From positions 28,740 to 92,739 of the forward strand of contig NZ_JAHEBV010000007.1 in assembly GCF_024642085.1 (NCBI RefSeq): a stretch of DNA of 64,000 bases. The letters are read 5' to 3'. The notes under the pieces were generated by a model. The model worked only from the letters and a program-made list of their open reading frames with translations. It did not search any database and was not told where the DNA came from. The position numbers and the translations under genes are program-made. Positions 39,768 to 48,370 of this stretch are shown piece after piece; the stretch's first letter is position 1, and each line of letters starts with the position of its first letter. The DNA comes from Novosphingobium sp. (GTDB taxonomy: Bacteria; Pseudomonadota; Alphaproteobacteria; Sphingomonadales; Sphingomonadaceae).

Positions 39768-39889
39768 GCGCATCACGCCTTCGCGCCTGGCCGGCCGGAT
39801 CACTGAACAGCTTGGCAGTAGTGGAGCCCAAGCATTCGGCGGCGCTGGTCGATTCACGACAGACTAGGCTTTGCCAGACCGTTTGATGC

Positions 39890-39923
39890 AAAACGCCCCA
39901 ACCCGATTACCGGGCTGGGGCGT
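39890..39923 (-). terminator. Intrinsic terminator of the TonB-dependent receptor gene
   Basis: ACGCCCCA..CCCG/CGGG.TGGGGCGT hairpin followed by U4 on the minus strand. Confidence 0.75.
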
Positions 39924-39949
39924 CCACAGATAATCCCAGGTGTGACTAC

Positions 39950-42325
39950 TTAAAAGTCGACGCCGACCTTGACCCCGAAAAGTTGCGGCCGAGTTGGATA
40001 GGTTCGCGCATAAGGTGCGCAGAACCCCGTCGCGCAGAACGTGCCGCGTCCCAGTTCGCCGCGCGTGTCGAAGGCATTTTGGATGAACGCTTCGACACGC
40101 CATTTATCCCAATGGACTCCGGCGGAAAAATCGACGGAAGTGAACGCTTTGGTAAAACCAAGGGCGATGGCTTCGGAGTCAAGCAAAGCGGACCGTGTGC
40201 CGCCTTGGTGGCTGACGACTGTCTGGATGAAGCCCTTGCCGTTCGCCATCGGCGCTTCGTAACGTGCGGTAACGCTGCCCTTGAACTTGGGCATTACCGG
40301 CAGCCTGGTGCCCGCAGGTGCCACCGGCGGCACCAGAGGATCGCAGACAATGTTCTTGGTGACCGGGTCGACAGCGCAAAGATCGGTTGTGGTTTTGGCG
40401 TCGACATAGGTCCCTGACGCCGACAGCGAAAGGCCGCCAATCCGCGTCGAAATATCACCTTCGATACCATAAATGCGCGCATTGCCGGCGTTATAGGTGT
40501 TGGTGATGCCGTTGTTGTTGAGCGGTACCAGCCCGAATTGCACGTTCTTCCACTTTTCGTAGAATGCCGCGCCGTTGAAATAGACGTTGCCGAAATGCGT
40601 CTTCCAACCAACCTCATAATTGTCGAGCTTGTCGGACTTGAATGGGTCAACCCCGGGTCGGCGATTGTTTCCGCCGGGGCGGAAACCGCGTGAAACGGTG
40701 GCGTAAAGCATCAGGTTATCGCTCGGCTTGAAACGAAGGCCACCGCGCCAGATCACACCGCTTTCGACTTGTTTCTTGTCAATGCTAACGCACGGCGATT
40801 CAGGATATGTCGTACCCGCAATGCAAGCGCGCACACTGCTTCCGCCATTAAAACCCGAAAATCCGTACAAGGTATTGTCAGCAATATAACCACGGATGCC
40901 CGCGATCGCAGTAAGCGTAGGGGCCAGATCGTATTCGGCCTGCGCGAACATCGCGTAGTCCCGGTCTTTGCGGAAGATTCGTGAACGAAACACCGTGTCA
41001 TTGTCAAAAACGCCCGGGAACCAGCTTGGCAAAGGCGCAGCTGTGATCCCTGCAACCTTGTAGTCGGCCCTGACCGTGTCGGTCTGGTGCTGCATGAACA
41101 GACCGGCGGTCAGGCGAAACGGCATGTCGCTTGGTGAGGAGACGCGTAGTTCCTGGGTCAGCTTGGTGTACTTGTCCCCCAGAACAACGCTTTGTGTCGG
41201 GTCGAGGAACCCGCCTTTCCCGTCAGGGAAGTAGGTCGCATAAGAACCATAGGTGTCATAGGCGACCGAATAGTAGGAATAGTCCGAAGTGCTATCGACC
41301 TTGCGTTCAAAATAGCCTCCCGAATAGGTCACGTCCCAATCGCTCAGCTTGCCTTGGATGGTTAGTGCAGCCTGCCACCAACGATCGTGGTTGCGGCTAG
41401 GCAGGAAGTCGGTAACGGCAAGGTCACCCTTGGTCGGATCGAACAAGAACCCGCCATTCGCGACCTGATTCTGATAGATGAACTGCGTCGTCGCGGTCCA
41501 GTTGTCATCCAGATCGATTTTCAGTGCCGCGCGGCCACCATAGGTTTCGACATCGTTGTAGTCGTTTTTGACCAGTGCGCTGTTGTTGACGGTCACGTTG
41601 GTAGTTGGGTCTGGATCGTCGAGCGTAAAGGTACGGGTATTTGGAAGATTGTCGATGTAGCCGCCCTGGCGGTCATAGAAGCCTACCACGCGAAGAGCCG
41701 CACTGTCGCCTAGCGGAAAATTGACATAGCCCTCGGCCGAGCCGCCGAAATCGCCCTTGCCATATTTGCTGAGTTGCAAGTCGACGCTGCCCGACGTCTC
41801 GCCGAGCTTTGGTGCGTTAGTGATCAGGCGCAGCACGCCCGACAGTGAGCTCGCGCCGAAGAGGGTACCCTGGGGGCCAGCCAGCGCTTCGACACGGGCT
41901 ACGTCATAAACGTGGAAATCAACCGTTCCGCCGATCGTGGTGACCGGGATTTCATCGATGTACATCGAACTGGTCGGCAGCGGACCGATATGAAGGCCAT
42001 CACCGCCGGACGATACGCCGCGAAAGAAGATTTGCGCCTGGCTGGGACCGAAAGACTGGAAGCTGACGCTGGGCAGCAACTTGGCATAGTCGTCAAAAGA
42101 CTGGACGTTGGCCTGTTCAAGCTTTTGCGCACCCAATGCAGTTATGCTGATGGGGACGTCCTGCAACCGTTCTTCACGGCGCTGCGCAGTCACCACGATC
42201 GCATCGTCGTCACTTGCTTCGTCAGTCGCCGAAGCGTCCTGCGCAAAGGCCGCAGATGGGATAATCAAGGCAGTCGAGGACAGCAGGGCGAACAGGCTGC
42301 GTCGAAATTTCAAATGAGTCTTCAT
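39950..42325 (-). CDS. TonB-dependent receptor
   Basis: Signal peptide, TonB box 'IVVTAQRRE', plug 'EALAGPQGTLFG', C-terminal 'FGVKVGVDF'. Confidence 0.95.
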   Translation of the reverse strand: MKTHLKFRRSLFALLSSTALIIPSAAFAQDASATDEASDDDAIVVTAQRREERLQDVPISITALGAQKLEQANVQSFDDYAKLLPSVSFQSFGPSQAQIFFRGVSSGGDGLHIGPLPTSSMYIDEIPVTTIGGTVDFHVYDVARVEALAGPQGTLFGASSLSGVLRLITNAPKLGETSGSVDLQLSKYGKGDFGGSAEGYVNFPLGDSAALRVVGFYDRQGGYIDNLPNTRTFTLDDPDPTTNVTVNNSALVKNDYNDVETYGGRAALKIDLDDNWTATTQFIYQNQVANGGFLFDPTKGDLAVTDFLPSRNHDRWWQAALTIQGKLSDWDVTYSGGYFERKVDSTSDYSYYSVAYDTYGSYATYFPDGKGGFLDPTQSVVLGDKYTKLTQELRVSSPSDMPFRLTAGLFMQHQTDTVRADYKVAGITAAPLPSWFPGVFDNDTVFRSRIFRKDRDYAMFAQAEYDLAPTLTAIAGIRGYIADNTLYGFSGFNGGSSVRACIAGTTYPESPCVSIDKKQVESGVIWRGGLRFKPSDNLMLYATVSRGFRPGGNNRRPGVDPFKSDKLDNYEVGWKTHFGNVYFNGAAFYEKWKNVQFGLVPLNNNGITNTYNAGNARIYGIEGDISTRIGGLSLSASGTYVDAKTTTDLCAVDPVTKNIVCDPLVPPVAPAGTRLPVMPKFKGSVTARYEAPMANGKGFIQTVVSHQGGTRSALLDSEAIALGFTKAFTSVDFSAGVHWDKWRVEAFIQNAFDTRGELGRGTFCATGFCAPYARTYPTRPQLFGVKVGVDF

Positions 42326-42418
42326 CTCATATCCCCGAATTTTGATACCGTAGAGCGGGTGTGAGTCAGCGTGCAGCGCGAAACAATCGACAAATCGACT
42401 TACTGCACACTTTTCGGA

Positions 42419-44056
42419 TCAGGCGTTGCCCGCTTGCCACGCATCCGGCACGTCTGGATAGCAGCGTAACACATCACCAAGCGCGATTTTGAGCGGATCA
42501 AGCTGGTGATCGATATTGCGCCACCGGCCCTCGCCGCTGCGATTTATTGGCTGACGCACTTGTTCACTGCTGGGCGTACGAACCGGTCGGCGATTGCTGG
42601 CAAAATCGATACAGGCACGCTCGAACGGAAGGTTCAGGGCGGAGAGCAAAAGACCGATTTCCTGTTCTGGATCGTCGAGCAGGCGCTCGTGGATCACCCG
42701 GTGTATCCGTCCCGGCAGGACACGGTCGAAGTGCGCCATCAGGCGAACATAGTCGCCATAGTAATGACCGATGTCACCAAGATCATAGGAAAATGCCTGA
42801 CCGCGGGCAAAATGCTGGCGGAAATTGGAGTAGCCGCAATCAAGCGGGTGTCGCCTTGCATCGATGATTCGTGCGTTCGGCAAAATCAAGTGGATCAAGC
42901 CGGCATGCATCCAGTTGTTGGGAAGCTTATCGATGAACAACGGCTTGCCTTCACGGCGCTGAATCCGGGTTGTCGCGAGATAGCTCTCGCCCAGTGCGGA
43001 CAACTGGGCTGGCGCAAGGGAATCCAGGAGACGCGGGTATGCACCTTCACGGGCAAGCCGATTGACGATGCCTGGTATGTCGGGAAGTTCCATCGTTCCT
43101 TCTACCATGCTGTGGCTGGACAGGATCTGCTCGACAAGGGTCGATCCGGCTCGCGGCATGCCAACGATGAAGACCGGATCGGGCGCCTGGCATCCCTGTC
43201 CCTTGCGCCTGGCCACAAACTCGGGCGTGAACAGTTCGATGATCCGGTCAACCGCGCGCGCGGTGTCTGCGGCATCATAGGGCAACTCGCAGCGCCGTAG
43301 GCGATTGGCTTCCAGATAGTGATCGAACGCCGCCGCAGCCTGGCCGGAATCTTCGAGCGACTTGGCCAGCGCGAAATGCAGATGGTAGCGGTCGTCCGCG
43401 CTAATGCCCTGATCGCCAAGCGCGGTTTCGATCGCAGCACGGTCGGCCGCATCCATCCGGGCGGTCTTGAGGTTGGCGATGCTCCACCATGCTTCGCCGA
43501 AACCAGGGCGTTTGGCGATCGCAGTGCGGTATGCGGCAATTCCATCATCCAGCCTGCCAACGGTCTTGAGTGTATGCCCGTAGCTGAGCCAGATCGGCGC
43601 AGGGCTGTGTTCGCGCGACAGGATGTCCTCATACAGCGCAAGCGCTTCGTCGAACTCGCCGATGCGGCCCGCAACTGCCGCGCGCAGGGTCGCATGTGAA
43701 GGATCGTCAGGCTCCTCGCGGGATACCAGGTCCAGCTCGTTCAATGCCTCCGCCTCACGGTTTTGGCGGTGCAGCAACAGAGCCAGGTTTGAGCGAGCCG
43801 CTGTAAAACCGGGGGCGATCTCAAGCGCCCGGCGTAGTAACGTCTCTGCATCGCGCAGCCGCCCGATCCGTCCGGCCAATTCGGCTAGCATCCGGATAGC
43901 GTACACATCGAACGGATCAGCCTTGAGATGCTGGCGCAAAAGGGGTTCGGCCCTGCTCAGTTCGTTGGCATTGAGCGCCGCGGCTGCCTCGATCAGGCGA
44001 GGATGGTAGCCAGACGGATCCAGTTTGGGCGGCACGGCAAAGCGATCATCGGTCAT
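42419..44056 (-). CDS. TPR-repeat sulfotransferase family protein
   Basis: N-terminal TPRs, 5'-PSB 'GMPRAGSTLVEQIL', 'DKLPNN', 3'-PB 'RHPLDCGYSNF'. No signal peptide. Confidence 0.9.
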   Translation of the reverse strand: MTDDRFAVPPKLDPSGYHPRLIEAAAALNANELSRAEPLLRQHLKADPFDVYAIRMLAELAGRIGRLRDAETLLRRALEIAPGFTAARSNLALLLHRQNREAEALNELDLVSREEPDDPSHATLRAAVAGRIGEFDEALALYEDILSREHSPAPIWLSYGHTLKTVGRLDDGIAAYRTAIAKRPGFGEAWWSIANLKTARMDAADRAAIETALGDQGISADDRYHLHFALAKSLEDSGQAAAAFDHYLEANRLRRCELPYDAADTARAVDRIIELFTPEFVARRKGQGCQAPDPVFIVGMPRAGSTLVEQILSSHSMVEGTMELPDIPGIVNRLAREGAYPRLLDSLAPAQLSALGESYLATTRIQRREGKPLFIDKLPNNWMHAGLIHLILPNARIIDARRHPLDCGYSNFRQHFARGQAFSYDLGDIGHYYGDYVRLMAHFDRVLPGRIHRVIHERLLDDPEQEIGLLLSALNLPFERACIDFASNRRPVRTPSSEQVRQPINRSGEGRWRNIDHQLDPLKIALGDVLRCYPDVPDAWQAGNA

Positions 44057-44131
44057 GGGCCCAGCAACAAACATGGTGACGCCGTTCGATCAAGCGGTAG
44101 GTTGCGCGTCATCACCGGCGAGGAGCGATAG

Positions 44132-45439
44132 ATGACGGGGCCGAACAAAGCCAAGCTGGGTTTCTGGGCGCTGCTGGCGCTGGTAGTCGGCAACATGATT
44201 GGATCGGGCATCTACCTGTTGCCGGCCACGCTGGCCCCGTTGGGCTGGAATCAGGCGGCGGGATGGATCGTGACCCTTGGCGGCGCGCTGTGCCTGGCGG
44301 CAGTGTTCGCCGGACTGGCGGCGCGCGTACCGCGCGCCGGCGGGCCCTATGCCTATGCCGATGCCGCGTTTGGCCCGGTGACCGGTTATACTGCGGCCTG
44401 GGCATATTGGGTGATGACCTGGGTGGGAAATGGAGCCATCGCGATTGCAGTGGTCAGCAACCTCAGCCTGATCTTTCCGGTTATTGGCACGATCGCCGGT
44501 TTGCCCGCCCTGCTGGCCATCGCCTTTGTCTGGCTGCTCACCCTGGTTAACCTGCGCGGGGTGCGCGAAGCGGGGCAGGTGCAGACCGTCACCACCGTGC
44601 TCAAGGTTCTGCCGCTGATCGCGCTGATTATCCTGGCGCTGTGGTTTGTGCTGAGCGGAGCGCCCCGCGCACCAGATCCTGGAATAGCGCTTTCGGGCAG
44701 CACGATAGCAACGGCTGCGGGACTGACCTTCTGGGGATTTCTTGGCCTTGAAAGCGCAACTGTCCCTGCCGACAAGGTTGAGAATGCCGCACGCAACGTG
44801 CCCCGCGCGACGATGATTGGCGTTGTCCTGACGGGCCTTGTGTACCTCGGCATATCGCTGGCATTCGCACTTTATATGCCGGTGGACGAGGCGGCCCGAT
44901 CGCCCGCGCCGGTGGCAGATTTCCTGGGCAAGACGTTCGGCGCTGGTGTGGCAGTAGTGGTCGCCCTGTTCGCCGCGATCAGCGCCTTCGGCGCGCTTAA
45001 CGGCTGGATCCTGGTTCAGGGCGAAATGCCCTGGGCAATGGCGCGGGGCGGTGTATTCCCGCGCTGGTTCGCCAAAGAAAATGCCAACGGCACTCCGGTG
45101 CGCGGACATCTGGTGTCCAGCGTGCTGCTGACCGGCATGATCCTGATCAATTCGCAAAAGGGCATGGGCAAACTGTTTGAGTTCATCGGCTCGGTCAGCA
45201 TCGCCGCCGGGCTGGTCGCCTACCTTCTCAGCGCCCTGGCGGCGATCCGCTTGGTCGGGGATGACCGGCGGCTGACCGCCGCCGCGCTGGTCGCCGCTGC
45301 TTTCACGTTGTGGGCCGAATGGGGCCTTGGCTGGCAGGCAAACCTTTATGGCGGGGCGCTGATCCTGGCCGGACTGACGCTTTACCCCTTGGTCAGGACC
45401 GCAGGATCTTCCGGATCAGCGGCCGGTCAGCCAGGATAG
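44132..45439 (+). CDS. APC-superfamily basic amino acid/polyamine (APA) permease
   Basis: NMIGSG (TM1), WGFLGLESA (TM6) and GALNGWIL (TM8) align with the AdiC/PotE substrate-site motifs. Confidence 0.9.
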   Translation: MTGPNKAKLGFWALLALVVGNMIGSGIYLLPATLAPLGWNQAAGWIVTLGGALCLAAVFAGLAARVPRAGGPYAYADAAFGPVTGYTAAWAYWVMTWVGNGAIAIAVVSNLSLIFPVIGTIAGLPALLAIAFVWLLTLVNLRGVREAGQVQTVTTVLKVLPLIALIILALWFVLSGAPRAPDPGIALSGSTIATAAGLTFWGFLGLESATVPADKVENAARNVPRATMIGVVLTGLVYLGISLAFALYMPVDEAARSPAPVADFLGKTFGAGVAVVVALFAAISAFGALNGWILVQGEMPWAMARGGVFPRWFAKENANGTPVRGHLVSSVLLTGMILINSQKGMGKLFEFIGSVSIAAGLVAYLLSALAAIRLVGDDRRLTAAALVAAAFTLWAEWGLGWQANLYGGALILAGLTLYPLVRTAGSSGSAAGQPG

Positions 45440-46991
45440 CCCGCGCCGCGTTGTGGCCCGGAGCGCCCGTGACCCCGCCGCCGGGGTGCGTACCGGAACC
45501 GCACATGTAAAGTCCCCTGATCGGCCCGCGATAATCGCCATGGCCCAGCACCGGGCGCGCCGCCCACAGCTGGTCGATGCCCATCGTGCCGTGGAAGATG
45601 TCCCCGCCGATCAGTCCGAACTTGCGTTCCAGGTCAAGCGGCGAATGGATCTGCCGGGCGATCACCGATCCCTTGAAGTTTGGCGCGTGGTCGGTGACCG
45701 TGTCGATGATCAGATCAGCCACTTCTTCACGGTGCGCATCCCAGTCCAGCGTGGGATCGAACTGCTGGCAGAACAGCGATGCGACGTGCTGGCCGGGCGG
45801 GGCCAGGCTGTCATCGACGGTCGAAGGGATCTTGATCTCGACAATCGGCTTTTTCGACCAGCCGTGCTGCTGCGCATCGATAAAGGCCTGGTCCATGTAA
45901 TCCATACCGGGCGCGATAATGATCCCGGCGGTGTGATGCTCGCCTTGCGCCTTGCCCGGAAGGACCGAAAAGCTGGGCAGCTCGGAAAGTGCCACGTTCA
46001 TGCGGAAGGTGCCCGACCCGGTCTTGTATGTCTTCATCCGCCGCTTGAAATCATCGTCCAGATCGGCCCCGTCAACCAGCTGGCGATAGAGCAGCGCCGG
46101 GCCGACATTGGCCGCCACGATCGGCGCGACCAGTTCCTCGCCGCCGTCAAGCTTGACCCCGCGCACCTTGCCGCCATCGACCAGCAATTTTGCCACCGGC
46201 GCTTCCAGGGTGATTTCTACCCCGGCATCTTCGCAGGCGCGGGCCATGGCCTGCGTAATTGCGCCCATGCCGCCAACCGCGTGGCCCCAGGCACCCAGCT
46301 TGCCGTTAACTTCACCGAACACGTGGTGCAGCAGGACATAGGCACTTCCCGGCGTTGACACCCCGGCGTAATTGCCAACCACCGCGTCAAAGGCGAAGGC
46401 AGATTTGACGTGGTCGTCCTCAAACCAGGCGTCCAGAAAATCGCGCGCCGACTTGGTGAAGATCGCCAGCAGATCGCGCTGGGTGGCCATGTCCAGCCTG
46501 GCCATCGGCCAGCCCTGCTTTGCTGCCGCCAGCAGCGCATTCAGCCCGCCGCCGACATTGGGCGGTGCCTGCAGCGACAGTTCGCGCAAAACATTGGCGA
46601 CCTTTTCCAGAGCGGCATCGTAGGCGGGATACGCTGCCGCATCCTTTTTGGAGAAACGGGCGAACTCGGCCTCGGTCCGGCCCGGACCTCCACCAAGCTT
46701 GAGGTACGTGTCGGGGAATGGAAAAAAGTTGCTGATTGTCCGTTCGATCACGCGGTAGCCATAGTCGTGCAGCTTCATGTCGGCGATGACCTTGGGCCGC
46801 AGCAGGCTGACGGTGTAACTGGCGGTTGAATTGCGGAAACCGGGATGAAACTCTTCGGTCACTGCCGCCCCGCCGACAATATGGCGCCGCTCCAGCACAC
46901 GTACCCGCATTCCTGCCTTGGCCAGGTAAAAGGCGCAGGTCAGGCCGTTGTGGCCCCCACCGATAATCAGCGCGTCATAGGTCTTGGTCAT
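45393..46991 (-). CDS. COG1233/PYROXD2-like FAD-dependent oxidoreductase
   Basis: GGGHNG, LERR..VGGAAVTEE, GMGAITQAM, GDIFHG, GLYMCGSGTHPGGGVTGAPG. Confidence 0.9.
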   Translation of the reverse strand: MTKTYDALIIGGGHNGLTCAFYLAKAGMRVRVLERRHIVGGAAVTEEFHPGFRNSTASYTVSLLRPKVIADMKLHDYGYRVIERTISNFFPFPDTYLKLGGGPGRTEAEFARFSKKDAAAYPAYDAALEKVANVLRELSLQAPPNVGGGLNALLAAAKQGWPMARLDMATQRDLLAIFTKSARDFLDAWFEDDHVKSAFAFDAVVGNYAGVSTPGSAYVLLHHVFGEVNGKLGAWGHAVGGMGAITQAMARACEDAGVEITLEAPVAKLLVDGGKVRGVKLDGGEELVAPIVAANVGPALLYRQLVDGADLDDDFKRRMKTYKTGSGTFRMNVALSELPSFSVLPGKAQGEHHTAGIIIAPGMDYMDQAFIDAQQHGWSKKPIVEIKIPSTVDDSLAPPGQHVASLFCQQFDPTLDWDAHREEVADLIIDTVTDHAPNFKGSVIARQIHSPLDLERKFGLIGGDIFHGTMGIDQLWAARPVLGHGDYRGPIRGLYMCGSGTHPGGGVTGAPGHNAARAILADRPLIRKILRS

Positions 46992-47109
46992 GAAGGGTTC
47001 GATCTCGCTTGGAAGTTCACACAAACATCACAGGGTACTGGAAATAAAAAATGCGCCGATTCCCGCGGCAAAGCGGATGATGACAGCGGCCGGCAAAGTA
47101 GGAAAGCGA

Positions 47110-48309
47110 TCACCGCCGGCTCCACCCTGGTGCAGGGGCAAAGGGCTGGCGCGCTTCGGGGATCAGGGTGCGGATCTTGCGGGCAAAGCTGCGCAGGCAA
47201 ACCTCGCTTTGTGCAATCGGTCCGGTGCCATAGGTCTTGCTGGCCATACCTTGCTGGACGCGCGAAATCAGCCAGGTGTCCTCGGCATTGACGACGCGGT
47301 TGATCCGCCAGTTGGCATAGCGCGCCAGTTTCATTGCACGCTGCTGGCCCGGCGGGGTGTAGGTATCGGGCAGGCAATAGGCCACTTCGCGCAGCATGCA
47401 GGTGGTCGGCGTCAGCGGCAGCCACTGCATGAAATCGATCTGATCGGCATAGATGTCAAAGGCCATGTTGGGCCACAGCTTGTAGTACAGCCAGCGCCCC
47501 TGCGCCTCGGCAGGCAGGTGATCCGCGCTGGGCCGGTGCGCGGCATAGAAGCGCTCCCAGAAGTTCTGCCGGCTTGACCTTTCGACATCGCCGTACAGCC
47601 GGTCGGCCCAGCCGTGCGCTTCGATCCGGTAGCTTTTGCCGACCAGCCGGGTCAGCCCGTCGTGCGCGACGGGAATGTGGAGGTTGTCCGAATAATTATC
47701 GCCGACGTTCTTCCAGTTGACCCCGCGCGGGCGCAAGCGAACCTGGCCCATCGGCTGCATTTCGGCAAAGCGGTAGGGCGCAATCTCGGCCTCGAAGGGC
47801 GCCATCATTTCAGCTACCGAGGGAAAGCCGCGATCTTCCAGCCGGACGAACACAAATCCGTTCCATTGTTCGACGGCAACCGGCGCCAGGCCGTTTTCTT
47901 CAAGCTTCAGCGCCGGGTATTCGCCCTTCATCGGCACCCCGGTCAGCCGCCCGTCAGTTTCATACGTCCAGGCGTGATAAGGGCAGACAAGCTTGCGGGT
48001 GCAGCCAGCCGGGCCTTCTACCAGCCGCATCGCACGGTGGCGGCAGACATTGGTGAAAGCGCGCACTGCGCCGTCTTCACCCCGGATGACAATTACGCTT
48101 TCGCCGCAAAAATCGATCGTGCGGTAATCGCCGGGCTGCGCCAGCTCGTTTAGATGGCAGACGATTTGCCAGCTGGGACGGAACACGCGGTCAAGCTCAA
48201 GCGCGAAGAACTCGGGATCGGAATAGATCCAGCCCGGCAGGCTGACATCGGCGTCGGGGTCGGGCGCAGCGCTGACGATATCGGCAAAGGCGTGTTCAGG
48301 ATTGCCCAT
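47110..48309 (-). CDS. Rieske non-heme iron oxygenase alpha subunit (choline monooxygenase/GbcA/Stc2-like)
   Basis: CRH...CPYH Rieske motif, NWK, DNLHIPVAH, C-terminal ED. No beta subunit or reductase adjacent. Confidence 0.9.
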   Translation of the reverse strand: MGNPEHAFADIVSAAPDPDADVSLPGWIYSDPEFFALELDRVFRPSWQIVCHLNELAQPGDYRTIDFCGESVIVIRGEDGAVRAFTNVCRHRAMRLVEGPAGCTRKLVCPYHAWTYETDGRLTGVPMKGEYPALKLEENGLAPVAVEQWNGFVFVRLEDRGFPSVAEMMAPFEAEIAPYRFAEMQPMGQVRLRPRGVNWKNVGDNYSDNLHIPVAHDGLTRLVGKSYRIEAHGWADRLYGDVERSSRQNFWERFYAAHRPSADHLPAEAQGRWLYYKLWPNMAFDIYADQIDFMQWLPLTPTTCMLREVAYCLPDTYTPPGQQRAMKLARYANWRINRVVNAEDTWLISRVQQGMASKTYGTGPIAQSEVCLRSFARKIRTLIPEARQPFAPAPGWSRR

Positions 48310-48329
48310 GGCGGCGCACGACTCCGAAA

Positions 48330-48355
48330 GCTTGTTGGACAAATGTACAACAAGC
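48330..48355. promoter_or_regulatory. Palindromic TetR/BetI-type operator
   Basis: GCTTGTTGGAC-AAAT-GTACAACAAGC (one mismatch) in the 61-bp divergent gap. Confidence 0.8.
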
Positions 48356-48370
48356 GTTAGACCGGCGCAA

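Noticed and set aside
39768-39870. Possible relic of a fructosamine-kinase-like 5' end after the LMW-PTP (…SRLAGRITEQLGSSGAQAFGG…)
   Set aside because: No start codon in frame, about 30 codons only, and the similarity is too weak to support without tBLASTn.
45393-46991. Annotation as phytoene desaturase (crtI) in a carotenoid cluster
   Set aside because: No crtB, crtE or crtY nearby; motifs and context fit the non-carotenoid COG1233 branch better.
47110-48309. Classical aromatic-ring dioxygenase pathway
   Set aside because: No beta subunit, ferredoxin, dihydrodiol dehydrogenase or ring-cleavage enzyme in the window.
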